NCBI RefSeq assembly: GCF_963676685.1
Contig: NC_092353.1
Location: 54,932,001 to 54,996,000 of the forward strand
Source of the DNA: Mytilus edulis
Lineage: Eukaryota
Length of the DNA stretch: 64,000 nt
Reading direction: 5' to 3'
Position numbers and translations under genes: made by a program. Positions 24,339 through 38,000 of this stretch are shown here, one piece after another (the stretch's first letter is position 1; each line of letters starts with the position of its first letter). The notes beneath the pieces were generated by a model that saw only the letters and a list, made by a program, of their open reading frames with translations, was not told the origin of the DNA and searched no databases.

Positions 24339-24542
24339 ATAATTTTTCTGTACATGGACACAGAGTTTGACCATTACGAAGCTTTGATGGCAAACAACAT
24401 CACAGATAGTCATAGATCAACAATACATTACACAAAATCATTTGATATCATGAAAATGGAGGACAGAAATGAGTTAGTTGACTTTTTATTCTGGTTGGGA
24501 TGTTTACAGATACAAGACTTTAACGAATACTTTTGTTGTTGA
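24339..24542 (+). CDS. PD-(D/E)xK nuclease-like gene, exon 5 (terminal)
   Basis: CATTTTAG acceptor, phase 0; IIFLYMD...YTKSFDIMKMEDRNELVDFLFWLGCLQ...FCC*. The five exons sum to 1200 nt = 399 aa + stop. Confidence 0.8.
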   Translation: MIFLYMDTEFDHYEALMANNITDSHRSTIHYTKSFDIMKMEDRNELVDFLFWLGCLQIQDFNEYFCC

Positions 24543-25066
24543 GCTTATTAGTATTGATAGAAATATGTTCCTGGCCAATCCTGGCAATAGCATATTGCAG
24601 TTGTTAAATAATGGCAATATTAATGCAGCCGACCAATGTGTTGCAGTAAGATGTGGAAAAGGCAGTCATGTTTACATTAACCTTGGTGTATGATGATTTT
24701 TGTAAAAATGTATGATAACTTAGGCTTGATTAACACCAACACAACTCCTTGTTTAATTACACATCAAATAGAGCTGTTTATATTGGAAGACCTATAAAAT
24801 ACAGTTTAGCAGTCTACCACTACTTAGCACTTAATAATTAAAATGAACTACACCTCGATACATGTATATAATTCACATGTCTGTGGACCCGCATAGTACC
24901 CTTTGTACCACCAACCCCAAAATTAAAGGTGTTCCTCCTTGTGTGTAGCTTTTATGAATTTAAGGCTAAAAGAGGCCTATGTGGGAAAACCACAAAGCAA
25001 CAATATATTTTAAGAAGTTGTATTATAACCTAAACCTTTGACATGGAACAATTGAATTCATATGGG

Positions 25067-25263
25067 AGGGGGGATAGGACCTTTATCGGGACTCCGGGAT
25101 CGGGTGTTTTTAAGCTCTGGATTTCGGGATTGACCCTTTCAGGATCCGGGAATTTTTTTTTTGGATTTCGTGATGTAAAGATTTACTTTATTTAAATTCG
25201 GGACGGCGGGATGTCGTGTTTTTAAGCCCGGGATTTCGGGATCGGGACCCTCCTATCCCCCTT
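25067..25263. mobile_element. MITE family with AGGGGGGATAGG termini and ~8-bp TSD
   Basis: CATATGGG flanks both ends; related copies at about 14776-15016, 44779-45005 and 45091-45290. Confidence 0.65.
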
Positions 25264-28200
25264 CATATGGGATGAAATACAACTTTTGTCAATCAAAATC
25301 TTTGGTTAAGAATTCTCTTTTAGGTCCTGCTGCTGTTTGTTGTTGTTGTCTTATTTATAAACCTATTATACTGTAAATTCAGATATTTTTGTAATATGTT
25401 TATGATTTCGAAAGTTGTGACTGGATAGGTTTTCATTTAAAATATTGATGGCATTATTTGTAATTCATAAAATGATAAAAATCAATCTTACATTTTTGAA
25501 CAATGTAATTGCAATAGTAAATGCGCTCTAAAATCTTTGAATTTATAAAATCCACTGGATTTTTTTCATGAGTAGACTCCAGTCTTCATCTCACATTTTT
25601 TTAGTTGTCTCCCCCTTGTATTGTTTACTGAATTTAAGATAAATATTTATTCAGCTCATCTGACCAAAAATGTCATTCATGCTAATGCCATCACTTAGGG
25701 CCCATCATGGCTTCTGTTCGTTGAAATTTGGTCATTTTAATCTTTTAAAAATATTGTGAATTCATTACTATTTGTAGGATATACCAATTTTCATGGATTT
25801 CTTGGGTATGGTTAAACCACCAATTTTTTACTAGGTATAAATTTTCTATAGGCTTATATGGAGACTTTGGCAAAACCAAAAATCAAATACATTGTATCTA
25901 TGAGTTAATATGTTAATGTTAATGAATCCACATTACTTGACTGTACTATGGTACAAGAAGGCTTCAGATAAAACTCAAAAGTTACGTAAAAATTTTATTG
26001 ATTGTACAGCAAATGCATTTTTATACATTATGTAATTTTGTACTGCGAGTCTCATTGGGGTCTATAAAGCGTGTTGTAGGATTGGCCGTCTTTTTTTATG
26101 TGCATGACACATGGAAATCAAATTATTTTGCATGAAAATAGGAAACGAAGTTGAGCAGGACAAGTGAAATTATTAGCAGGATACTGGATTCTGACAAAAC
26201 AGTTTTAGCAAAATTTGAGATCAGACCAAACCTCCCAATGAGACCCCATGTACACAGGTACAATTACTATCCTCACAACACCATGACATTGATAGATATA
26301 TGTAATACATGACAGCAATAAGACTAGAATGTTAGTAATCTCAGACTTATCTATATAAGGATACCTATATATGGTTCCAATGAGATTTATGTTTTTGTGT
26401 TATTTTTTTTAAATTGATGAACAATAATCAGTGTATATTTGTGTTATTTTTATATTTACAAGAGACGCCTAATAAATGTCTTATGAAAAATAGTTAGTTT
26501 GAAATATTGAAATATATGGTTAAGACTTACAACCAATTTAGCTGCCTTACTGTTGACCTGCTAGTGATCACACTAGATATACTTCTTCGACATAAGGCTA
26601 ACGGAACCCCAACAAACCATTACATAAAAGCTGTGTAAGAAAATTTTGTGACAATATATAAGTTATGTATAAAAGCAGTGAGATGTATAAGAAATATTAA
26701 AAGACATTAAGTGTAGCAGATTATTTATGCTAGTGTTTCAGAAAACAAATCAAAGCGACAAATAAAGAAGAAAAAAAATGATTCATAAAGTATACTGTTA
26801 TATAATTTAATTTTGGATGTAACGCGTCTTCTGATTGGCTGACGTTATTTTGTTATGAGCCCATATATATAATTTAGTCATGTATAAGTGACGTAATCAA
26901 CGTTTCTTCATGGTTTTCTACTGTAATATTTTTTCTGTCTATTCGAAATAACATAAAAAATGTGGTGCACACTGTTAAATAACCCGCTACGCGCGTTATT
27001 TAGTGTGCACCAATTTTTTTATGTTATTTCTTCATAGACAGAAAAAATATTACAGTTATTCCTTAAATATTGCACCCTTTCTTAAGTATACAATAATAAG
27101 CATATGAATAAAAGTAAGAATATGAAATAGGGATAAAAATAGATTAAAAAGCTCAAAATATCACTTTATATAGATGTTGGTCTTGAATAAAATAATTACT
27201 GTACTTTCTCTTTACAAACTTTCTATGATTATTCTAAATATAGAAATGGTAAAATAAATGTTTATTCTATTGAAAACTCCAACAAAATTCATGAATCAGA
27301 TAATAAAAATCAAGAAAGAATGTCTGTGCTTTTACAAGTAAAATATAGTGTTATAAAATCTTGATGAACTGGATTAAATAGAGAATAGAGAAAAGTGACC
27401 TAAATAATTTAAAGAATACAGAATTTAAGCCTACCCTCTTTCTCATCCTGTCCCATTGTAGATGAGGGATGCAATGCACATATTTTAATATAGAAATCAA
27501 AAGATTATGCTAATAGAATAATAAAGTTGATGTACATGTGGATATTACAAATTAGTGAAAGAATTTAAATTATGAAGTGATTTGCTACCACAACCTTCAA
27601 AATCTTTCTATTAAATATTATAATTGGAATGGTCAATAGCATTAACTGGAATTCATTCAATGCTTTAGAAAATAACGTATGTAATGGATACCTTTCCATC
27701 ATTTAGAAAAAACACAACCATTGTTTTTGAATACGGAAGCCAAAAATATCATTGAGATCAGATGTACAGGCCAAATGTGTATATAACCCATTAAAGCACA
27801 TACTTTCTCCTTATATATCATCACCAAACTTAAAATGTCACATAAATAAGTAATATTTACAATTCATTTAGACTTTTCAAATATCAAAATTCTCATATAA
27901 TACTGTAAATTCAGAAATTATTATGATGTTTTAATTATTGCAAAAATTTAAAGTATGAATCCAACAGGATTTTTCTCAAAATCACAAAAAATTTAAATCA
28001 CAACATACATGTAGTCGTTATTGATAAAATCACAATAATAAATGTATGCATGCAATAATATCTGAATTTACAGTAGTGTCTATGAAGCCCCAATGTAAGT
28101 TTTATATATAAAAAAAAACCATGCATTTGATCATAATCACCAACAACATTATGCACAACACATTCTTAATTCTTTTCAAACATGCACATTTAAATTCAAA

Positions 28201-28991
28201 ACAAAGCCTATAAACATTGTCATCAGCAGGAATACTAATATGAGTATTTAATCAAATAAAGTACTCATTACCGAAGGTATTTATACATATAAAATTGAAT
28301 TCAGAAGAATTTCATCAAGAACATGATTTTTTTCATCAGATCGTTCTGAATAAATAGAAAATAATCATCCATGCAATGGTGTACAAAATTAACTAAGAAT
28401 ATTTTATCATTTTTGTACGCTAAATACATACATGTATTAAGAAGTCAGAAATAAAAGTTTTTTATTTCGAAACAAGTACACACAAATAAATAAATACTGA
28501 GACTGAAGTATTAACATTTTCTGACTTAAATACATCAACAAAATGAACAAAATAATCAGATAATTTTGTAAAATAAAAAAACAAGACATTCTTCCTAAAA
28601 TATAAAAATTGTTGAAAAAAATAATGAAACGTTTCGTCATTCTGCATATTACGAAATGTATTCTTTTAATTATATTGGTATGTACAAAATGACTAGACAT
28701 ATCAAATGCTTCTATTTATGGAATACTTTATTGGTTTTACCTGTTTTACATTTTGATAAATAAAAATCGTACAGTCACAGCTACTATCGAAATAAGTAGA
28801 AATTCTTAGCATGAAAGAGGCAAACTAAAATTCTTTGAGCTATGTACACACTCAAATAATCATATGCACTGTGAATGTAAATAATAAACTTAAAAAAACA
28901 AGAGATCAACAAATAGAAGCTGTGATGATGCAACAATAAATGTAAGTAAAAATATCAATCTGCATAGAATATATCTCCTCTGCGATGAAGT

Positions 28992-29029
28992 CTATTTTGC
29001 TTTCTTCTTTTTAGCTTTGGATGCACCAT
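28992..29029 (-). CDS. HGD: HGD exon 15 (putative; lysine-rich tail)
   Basis: TTTTTAG acceptor, phase 1; (D)[11 protein letters not shown]. Confidence 0.65.
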
Positions 29030-32000
29030 CTAAAAATAAAATAATAAGCACCATTAAAAGATACAAAACTTAAATCTGTTGAACAAATAACAGTTTTGAT
29101 TTATGTTTGATAAAATTGAGTTCCTAGCTGACTTAGTAAACTGGTAAGTGTTTACAAAAAAAATTATTCTCCAGATATGCCATATGGCATGTACTTGTTT
29201 ATCATAAAGGGTATATTTCAATTTTATAAGAGAAATAAAAAAAAATTATTTCTGCAAATAATTCAAATGAAAATAAGCTTATAATATTAGCTGCAGACAA
29301 TACACATGTCATTTACTGAAATAGCTAAAGATTGCAATACTATATCTTTAAGATTTGCATATTTATTTAAGAAAAAGAATGAATCTTGTGTCCTTAGGAC
29401 AAGACCCTATTTCTTATCCTAATTCAGGATGGACAAACAGACTCGAAAACATAATGGCCCCAACCATGGTAGAAGGGCCATAACAATATTAACTGCAACA
29501 CATAAAAATAACTTGTACATCGATTGATTGATTGATTGGTGTATAACACCACTTTCAACACTATACATGTACTGCTATTTGATGGCAGTCAGTTTTTATT
29601 GGTGGAGGAAGCTGTAGCGGCTGGTGAGAACCACCGACCTTCAGTAGGAAAGCTGGCAATCCTTTTCAATTAAGGTTGGAATTTAATGAACCTGTGACGT
29701 GCAGGATTTGAACTCACAGCCTCAGTGTTGACAGGCTAGTGATACAGTAGTTTGAATACTTAGACCACTCAGTCTCTGAGGCCTCTAAATAAATTACTGG
29801 TACAACAGAATTTTTTATTTTTTTTACTGAAACACAAAGAGGTAGTGCAATAATTCAAAACTAGCAAAAGGTCAATTGAAAATTTTAATTGTAAAAGGGC
29901 TGTTTTAGAGGAACACAACAGCTTATATCATTAATTGTATTAAATAAGGAAAACAGAAATGAATAAATATAACATTAAATGTGAGCAGCATGAGATAAAT
30001 ATTTGTACAAAATGACTTAACAATATTTTATCTGAATAATAAACATGAATATAACACCGGCAATGCTTTTTAACCAACAAGAATAGCATTAAATTCAAAT
30101 TCCAAATATTTTCTCCTTTCTACATTGAAGTCCTGGATTTAGTTTACCACTATAATAGATACTAGTAGTCCAGTCCATCTATATATATTCTCCCTTTCAA
30201 AAATTATTCCTTATAAGTAAACCTACCACTCAACCTGTATTTTAAGTGTGACAGTTGTCATTTTGTTCTAAAGTTAAAGATTTCACTTAAGTTGGTACAT
30301 GGCACTTCAGGGAGATAACTATGTAAAAGTAAATATTTTGTCAAAAAAAGGTACAGACAAACAATGATGTCAAGTGGTGGAGGTGGCAATCTCTAAAAAA
30401 TAAAACACTATGGGCCAATTGACCTATAAAGTATGAACTCATTGAACTGAATAAACAATATTAAACAAATAGTTTAGCATTAAAAAAGCATACCTGAATT
30501 TGTATCATTTTCTGCTATCATAAAATGTTTTTTCAATGGCTGCCAGCATTCATAATATTTCTCATCTACTTTGGTCTTATTTCCCCACTCAGTCACAGCC
30601 ATACTTAATGATGACTCGAACATGAAAGCCTGAAAAATAAAAATAAATTATTGCCATGTTTTCAATATTGCGAAAAATGCAACTGGTTTTTAATCGCAAT
30701 AATTTAAACTCTTATTATGAATTATTTTATATGTCAGAATTAAATAGAATTTTTCTCAATATTACAAAAAATAAAATAGCATTTTAGTCTAAATGACAAA
30801 ATAGCAATAATAAGTGCATGCAATAATTTTTGAATTTACAATAACTATTAATTTTACAAATAAATCTTGTCTGAAAATATAGCTTTTACCAAACATTTAG
30901 AACCCTTGCAACAACTCTTCTGAGGGGTGTGTAAAGGGATATAAATCTCGAATAACAAGGTCTTTCAAGGAATTAATGCTATTGTTAAATACTCATGCCC
31001 AGTGGGTCTGTGGGGGATTCAGAGGGAGGGTTCAGAGACGCTGAAACCCCCTTTTATTGATGATTAATGCTTTTGAATGGGAACATATGGTTGGAACACC
31101 CCTTTATCCTGCTTTGGAACACCCTTTTTAAAAATGGCTGGATTAGCCCCTGAAATCTTTCTTCTGGATTTCGTATGAGTATGGCTGCTGAGGTATGAAG
31201 AACAAACTATAACTATTAATTTTTGTTGTATGATTCAGATCTCATTGACTTATAAACCTCATACCAATCAGAGTTCTCCAAAAGTGGTGGTCTATAGGTT
31301 TTGACCATTAACATAAAAATTACATTTTATTAAAGACTGACACAGTTTTGGTTATGTGCAACAGAAATTATTAAACAGATTAGGGACTTAGTAGCAGATT
31401 TTCTAACAGGACCACCAGGGAAAAAAAAAGGTTTTACTTTAAAAGACACATACAATTGAATTTAAACATAACGTTCTATGTTTTAATCATACCATAGTTC
31501 CATCTGCTACTCGTTGAGGTTTTAAATCAGCATTGGATGCATTCTCAAAACACTCAGCATCAGGACCATGTGGTGTCATCATACTGTGTAACGTAGCACC
31601 TCCAGGACTAAATCCTTCCTCCTACAAAATAATCATGTCATTTTCTAAAGCATTGTCACTAATGTATGCAAGAACATCCCATTGGTTTTGTAAATAAAAA
31701 GAAATGCATATTTGTCACATTGCTGCTTATAAAATATGGAAGCAAGGAGATAATCTTAAAACCAATAAATAGCAGATAATAAAATTGAGAATGGAAATGG
31801 AGAATGTGCCAAAGAGAAAACAACCCGTCCATAGAGCAGACAACAGCAGAAGGTCATCAACAGGTCTTCAATGCAACGAGAATTCCCGCACCCGGAGGCG
31901 TCCTTCAGCTGGCCCCTAAACAAATATATACAGAGTTTGTTTGCAGTCAACATGCTTGTAACAAAAGTAAGGCTAACAATGGATATGCAGTCTGAATGTT

Positions 32001-35000
32001 ACTCATTGTTGAAGATTGTTCACATACCTATAGTGTGTTATTTGGTATCTTGGAGAGTTGTCTCATTGGCAATCATACCACATCTTATCATTTCTATATA
32101 CAGATACATATCGAAGAGTTTAAAATACCTTAAGGTGGTACCCACCACTTTAACAAAAATTAATTTGGCTCGTTTAATTTTCTTAAAATTTTGACAAATT
32201 ATTTACTTTGACCCTTTTACAAAAATATAAAAATTTCAAAAAATTTGAACCAACCGTTTTATCGGAAAAATTACACTGGTTATATAGCAGTTTGACAAAC
32301 ACTTATTTTGATCATTGAAAAGCTTAATATTCCCTTAACAACACAACGTAATTAAAACGTTTAGCTGATTTTACAGAGTTATCTCCCGGTAGTGTTAGGT
32401 ACCACCTTAAATAATTTGTAGTCATCAAAAATATTGTCTATTATTGTTTGATCGTCCTGAACATGCAGACAAAAAGCAACCAACAACCAATCAAACTTTT
32501 GATGGGATTGTTGAGAGAGTATCAAAGTTAAAATCTATAAGTTTTTAACACGATATACATTCTTTGAACTGAATTTTAATGTGTGTATTGTTATGCGTTT
32601 ACTTTTCTACATTGGCAGAGGTATAGGGGGAGGGTTGAGATCTCATAAGCATGTTTAACCACACCACATTTTTGTGCCTGTTCCAAGTCAGGAGCCTCTG
32701 GCCTTTGTTAGTCTTGTATTATTTTTAATTTTAGTTTCTTGTGTATAATTTAGAGTTTAGTGTGGCGTTCATTATGACTGAACTAGTATATATATTTGTT
32801 TAGGGGCCACCAGCTGAAGTACGCCTCCGTGTGCGGGAATTTCTCGCTGCATTGAAGACCTATTGGTGACCTTCTGCTGTTGTCTGTTCTATGGTCGAGT
32901 TGTTGTCTCTTTGATGCATTCCCTATTTCCATTCTCAATTTTATTTGTTTGCTAATAACATACCTTTGCTTCATATTTACCAAGTATAAGTCCCATAAAC
33001 TCACTCATACAGTTTCCTGAAAGAAAATTATACAAAATCTACAAAAAGTTCAAAATTTCCACAACATATCTACATTTTAAATTTTATTCATGATATGATC
33101 AAATATTGAAGCACAAAATGGTACTATAAGCTTTTACAAAAACATTTTGCTTTCTTAGTGCCTTATAATACTCATACGTCATGTATTGAAAAAATAGCTC
33201 TGTCAAATATCTGCTTCTTTAAACTATACCATATAAATAATAAGGAGATGTGTTATGATTGATTGCAAATGAGACAAGTCCACCAAAGTTGAAATGTTTA
33301 TCAGATGCTTTTTTCTATGAGAACTGAAAATCTCTTATCAAATGGCAAAATCAAAAACTCAAAACACATCAAACTAATGGAAAACAACTGGCATATGTCT
33401 GACTTGGTACAGGCATTTACCTATGTAGAAATGATGGATTTAAGAGACATTTCTCAATAAAACTTGAAAACTTAAAACAATGAAAATTGTTTATACTACT
33501 TACTATGGTAATAGGGTGGTCTAAATGTGTTCTGTGCTACACTCCATCTTGGAGGGAAAATCACAAAGTCTGCTATAGCAGTCCCTGGTTTTAATGACTG
33601 GCATGTTAAAACTGTAAATACTGAAGGGTCCTGAAAAAAAAGTGATATTGTCTATATTTACATGTAATAACAAACATCTGTATAATAATTAAACTAACAT
33701 TTCATTTACTTCAAATTCAGAAATTATTGAAATGTTTTCATTACTGCAAAAAATGCAACAGGGTTAAAATCGCAATAATTTAATCTCGCATTTTGAAATT
33801 TTTATTAAATTGAACAGGATTTTCTCAATATCACAAAAATTAAAATAGCTTAAAAGTCATTTTAGTCCAAAATGACAAAATCAAAATAATAAATGTGAGC
33901 AATAGTTTATGATTTTAAAGTATATTGAAAAGTAAAAATGACTATTGTTAATCTTGGGTGTTTTAACTTTGCAAATGAATGCATAGACTCGAAACTTGTA
34001 GTAAATATGTACTGTAAAAGCACAAATTTTCGTGGGGGATTTAATTTCGTTTATTTCGTGGATAAGAAGTATCCACGAAATTAAAACCCCAACGAAAATT
34101 TAACTGTAGATTTACATTATTTTATGATCTGACTAAATCTTATTGACATTATATAATTGATGAACATAAATGCAGACAATTAAATAAATAGGTTAATTGA
34201 TTAGACATCGATATTCAAAGGTTTTCTTTAAGTCAGATGATAATCCTAATCCTTTGTTTGTACAGTAATTAATAATGATCAAGAACTGTCAATCAATGTC
34301 ATTTAACAGTCTAATGTGTCTGTAATGCCCTCAAGTCGTAATACATTTATCACACAATCATTGTCCTTGAATAAAACATCAAAGGTGTGTAACAGCCAAT
34401 TAGCGTATGCAGGTTACAACACTTGATTAGTGCTCACTGTTACTATGAAATGCAATTATTGATTTTTCCCAACGGCAAAAGTTCACATCAGTTTTATTGA
34501 GTATTGTCAATTATAAAGTGACATTTGTATAATTTTTTTCTAAACTTAAAAACCACGAAAATTAATCCCCGCGAACTTACTTTTGGATACAAAACCATGA
34601 AATTTTAACCCCACGAAAATTAATGTTTATACAGTATTTCATTGAACTTTAAATTTATGGTTTACTGATACCATTGAAATCAAAAACAAAATACTGTAAA
34701 TTCAGAAATTATTGCGTTGTTTTTATCAATGCGAAAAATGCGACTGGGGTATAACTGCATAATTTAAACTCGCATTTTGAAATTTTTAATATGATTTAAA
34801 TAGAATTTTTCTTCATATTGCAAAAATCAAAATTGCATTTTTGTCTAAATTAGGATTTTTCTTCATATTGCAAAAATCAAAATTGCATTTTTCTCTAAAT
34901 TGACAAAAACGCAATAATAAATGCATGCAATAATTTCTGAATTTACAGTAGGTATTTCAATAATACTACAATGTTTCAATACTAATGAAGCCACAATGGC

Positions 35001-38000
35001 CAAGAAGTGTTTTGGAAAAAGGAAATCTGAATTGTCTCCCCTTCCAATATATCATTTTTATTCTGGTATCACCTAAGTTGGACAAAGGTATACAGAAAAA
35101 CACATTAGTTTACATTACATTGCATATATGTACATTTGTTGAGGAAGCATTAAATATGAGTTTTTTTACAACGATATGATCAGTATAGCCGACAGGTTAA
35201 CATCAGAGAGAATCCAGTTTGTCATTTATAATTCTAATAAATTGGCACAATTTTCAAAGTTTAGATTTCTGTTTTTGGTTCATAATAGCATTAAATTTTA
35301 AAGCATTACAGTTCGTTAGATATTTCTTATCAATAAGTAGTGTTCTATCTGTCAAGAGACTGCCGCATTCCATTACATAGTGGTATTCGTCACCTATAGC
35401 AACTCTGCACAACGGACACTTTCTTTGTTCTCGGGGAATGTTTTGCCATCTACCATTTTCAATCGGCAGTTTATGGTTCATTGTCCTAAACCGTGACATT
35501 GTTATTACATCTTTATCATCAAGTACGTTAAGTTAGTGTTCAAAATTGTGTGATGTCTTGTATAGGCGATAATTCAGGGCTTTAGGCGAATCGTTTACCT
35601 TTCCTGACCATGACTGTGTAAACTGATCTTCTAGTCTTTGTTTAATTATCGATTTAATGTTAGGTAATGTGTTTTGGAATGACCATAAGTAAGAGAATCC
35701 ACTATTGTCTAGAATACTTTTCATCTTGTCTAACGACCGCGATCGAAATGTGGTTTCTTGTGCTAACTTGAAAAGGTATCTAAACATTACAGCAGCGAGC
35801 TTACTTTCTTTACCGGTAATTAACTTTGTCCAATAAGATACAATTCTAGTTTTTATATCTATTTCTAGGGGATACCGACCCAGTTCTCCATAAATGAAGT
35901 GGTTTTGAGTAGATGGCTTAAGATGTAAAAGTAGCTTAAAAAATTTAGTTTGAAGTCTTTCTAGTATATCTAGGTTTTCGTAACCCCATATTTCACATCC
36001 ATATAGCAGAATAGGTGTTCAAGATAAGTATTTGTTTCTAAGGTAACAAAAACTTACCACATGGTCAAATGACACTGTATTCATAGTACAGAAATTATCC
36101 AGATTGTATTTATATGGTGCATAGTTTCCATGCCAGGCTACAACATCAAATGGAGAATGGCCCTGAAAAACGAGAAGAAAAAATACATTAAAAGCTTACA
36201 ATAACAAGACATTTCCTAAAGAAAATCTTAGTGTAATCAAAAAACTTCTTTTTTTATAAAATTAAATTGTGAAAAAATGATACAGTCAGCATTAAGCAAT
36301 GGTTTACAGTAACAAAGATCAAAGCAAGTTCATTTTTTAATAGATGGGTTCAAGCTACAATGAGAAGAATTTGACTACAGGAATCAAATTTCCATCAGGT
36401 ATATTGACTCTAGGGTCACTTTCCAGGGGTCAAAAATAACATATGACAATGACACTGTAAAATATGAGAAGTTTTTTCCAACATCTTAAAATACTTAGGA
36501 TATGATACCACTTTATTATTTCATTAAACTATGTCTAGAAGTTGAGTTTTATTTATGTTGACAATAAAAAAATAGTATATCCAAATTATTCTGTAAGTTA
36601 GCAAGATAATATTTAGATGGTCTTAATGCCAATATTTTTATAAATGGCCGATGTTATTGTCTAGCTAGCCAATGGTTGCCTCACCTGTTTTGCTGAGAAA
36701 AGGTGACCTTGAAATTTACTAGTAACTGTATAATCACAATCTTTGTCTTCATAGCAGGCTGTGGGTGTCAAAAAATCTCTAGGATTGGCTAAGCCATTGG
36801 CACCTATTAACAAAAAAACAAGTATGGGCAAGGCAACAAACAACATCCATTGTATTACGGACTCCTGACTTGGGGCAGGCACTTAAAGAATGTGGCACAG
36901 TTAAACATGTTTGCTGCTGCCAAACTTTTCCTTAATCTAGGACAGTGTAACAGCACAACATAAGAACAAACTATAAAAATCAATTGTAAAAAATCACAGT
37001 TGATATAAATAAAAATATATATATATATCACAAAATTAGATTAGTTAAATTGTTGATCAAGTTTGGTTTATCTATTCTTTCAAAGCCTCTTCCTAATCTA
37101 TTTCCTCCTATTGTTTTAATCTACTGACTGGTTTAATTTCATTTACAATAATTTTATAATCAACATATAAAAAAATGTTATAGAATGAGTAAATATCAAC
37201 ACTGACATCTATTTGCAATTTTTAAAGTAATTTTCCTTGAAGTATATTTACAATTTTGTTAACAAGATCACATTTTCGATTGTCCTTAAAGATTTACCTA
37301 TTGGTCCTAGATTAGGAAGTGTAAAATGTCCATCAAATACTTCCATCATATAGCCTCTTGTTTCTCCTGACACTGAAACACTAAACCTTATTCCTTGCTG
37401 AAAAACATGTAAAACATGTTACCTTATTCCTTGCAGAATGTGTAAACAATTACAATACATGTTGCTAAAATCATATAAAACTACTATTTCAACAATTTAC
37501 AAATTATTTCTCACTTAACTAAGGATGTTTTCTTCTCTCTTTTTTTTCTCATTTTTATCAGATATTCTGAATACTCTGTTTTATACATTTTAAATAGAGT
37601 TGATCTATATGCCTGTATTTTTTTTATTTGAAAAATATCGTTATAAAAATTTTAAAAAATGTGACAAAGATTTTACAATTTAAAAAAAATGACATTGAAT
37701 TGAAATGATATTTTTCAAACATACCTGAATAACACAAATTTCATTTGGATCAACTTGCATTTTTCCAAACTCTGTTGTAATCAAAAGTCCTCCTTGTTGT
37801 GGTACTGAAAAATAGAAATAGGTTAGACCATCAAAATATCATAACCATGTATTTCAATAGCTGAACGTGATACACAAATTATTATTTATAATACACTCGT
37901 TCTATTTGAATGTATATTTCTATGTCATATACAGTCACTGATCTGACACCACTTTCCCTCGTAAGTATTTAAATTGTAGAGCCGGAACTCTATTTAAATA

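Noticed and set aside
14254-24542. Nuclease-like gene as part of the P element
   Set aside because: It lies outside the right TIR/TSD (13949/13956); adjacency alone does not show a functional link.
26400-28990. Long AT-rich stretch as an ncRNA or defined HGD 3' UTR
   Set aside because: Plausibly UTR, but its end cannot be fixed from sequence; many chance AATAAA motifs.
29700-29783. tRNA gene
   Set aside because: A/B-box-like motifs belong to a SINE head; no cloverleaf, followed by a SINE body and tail.
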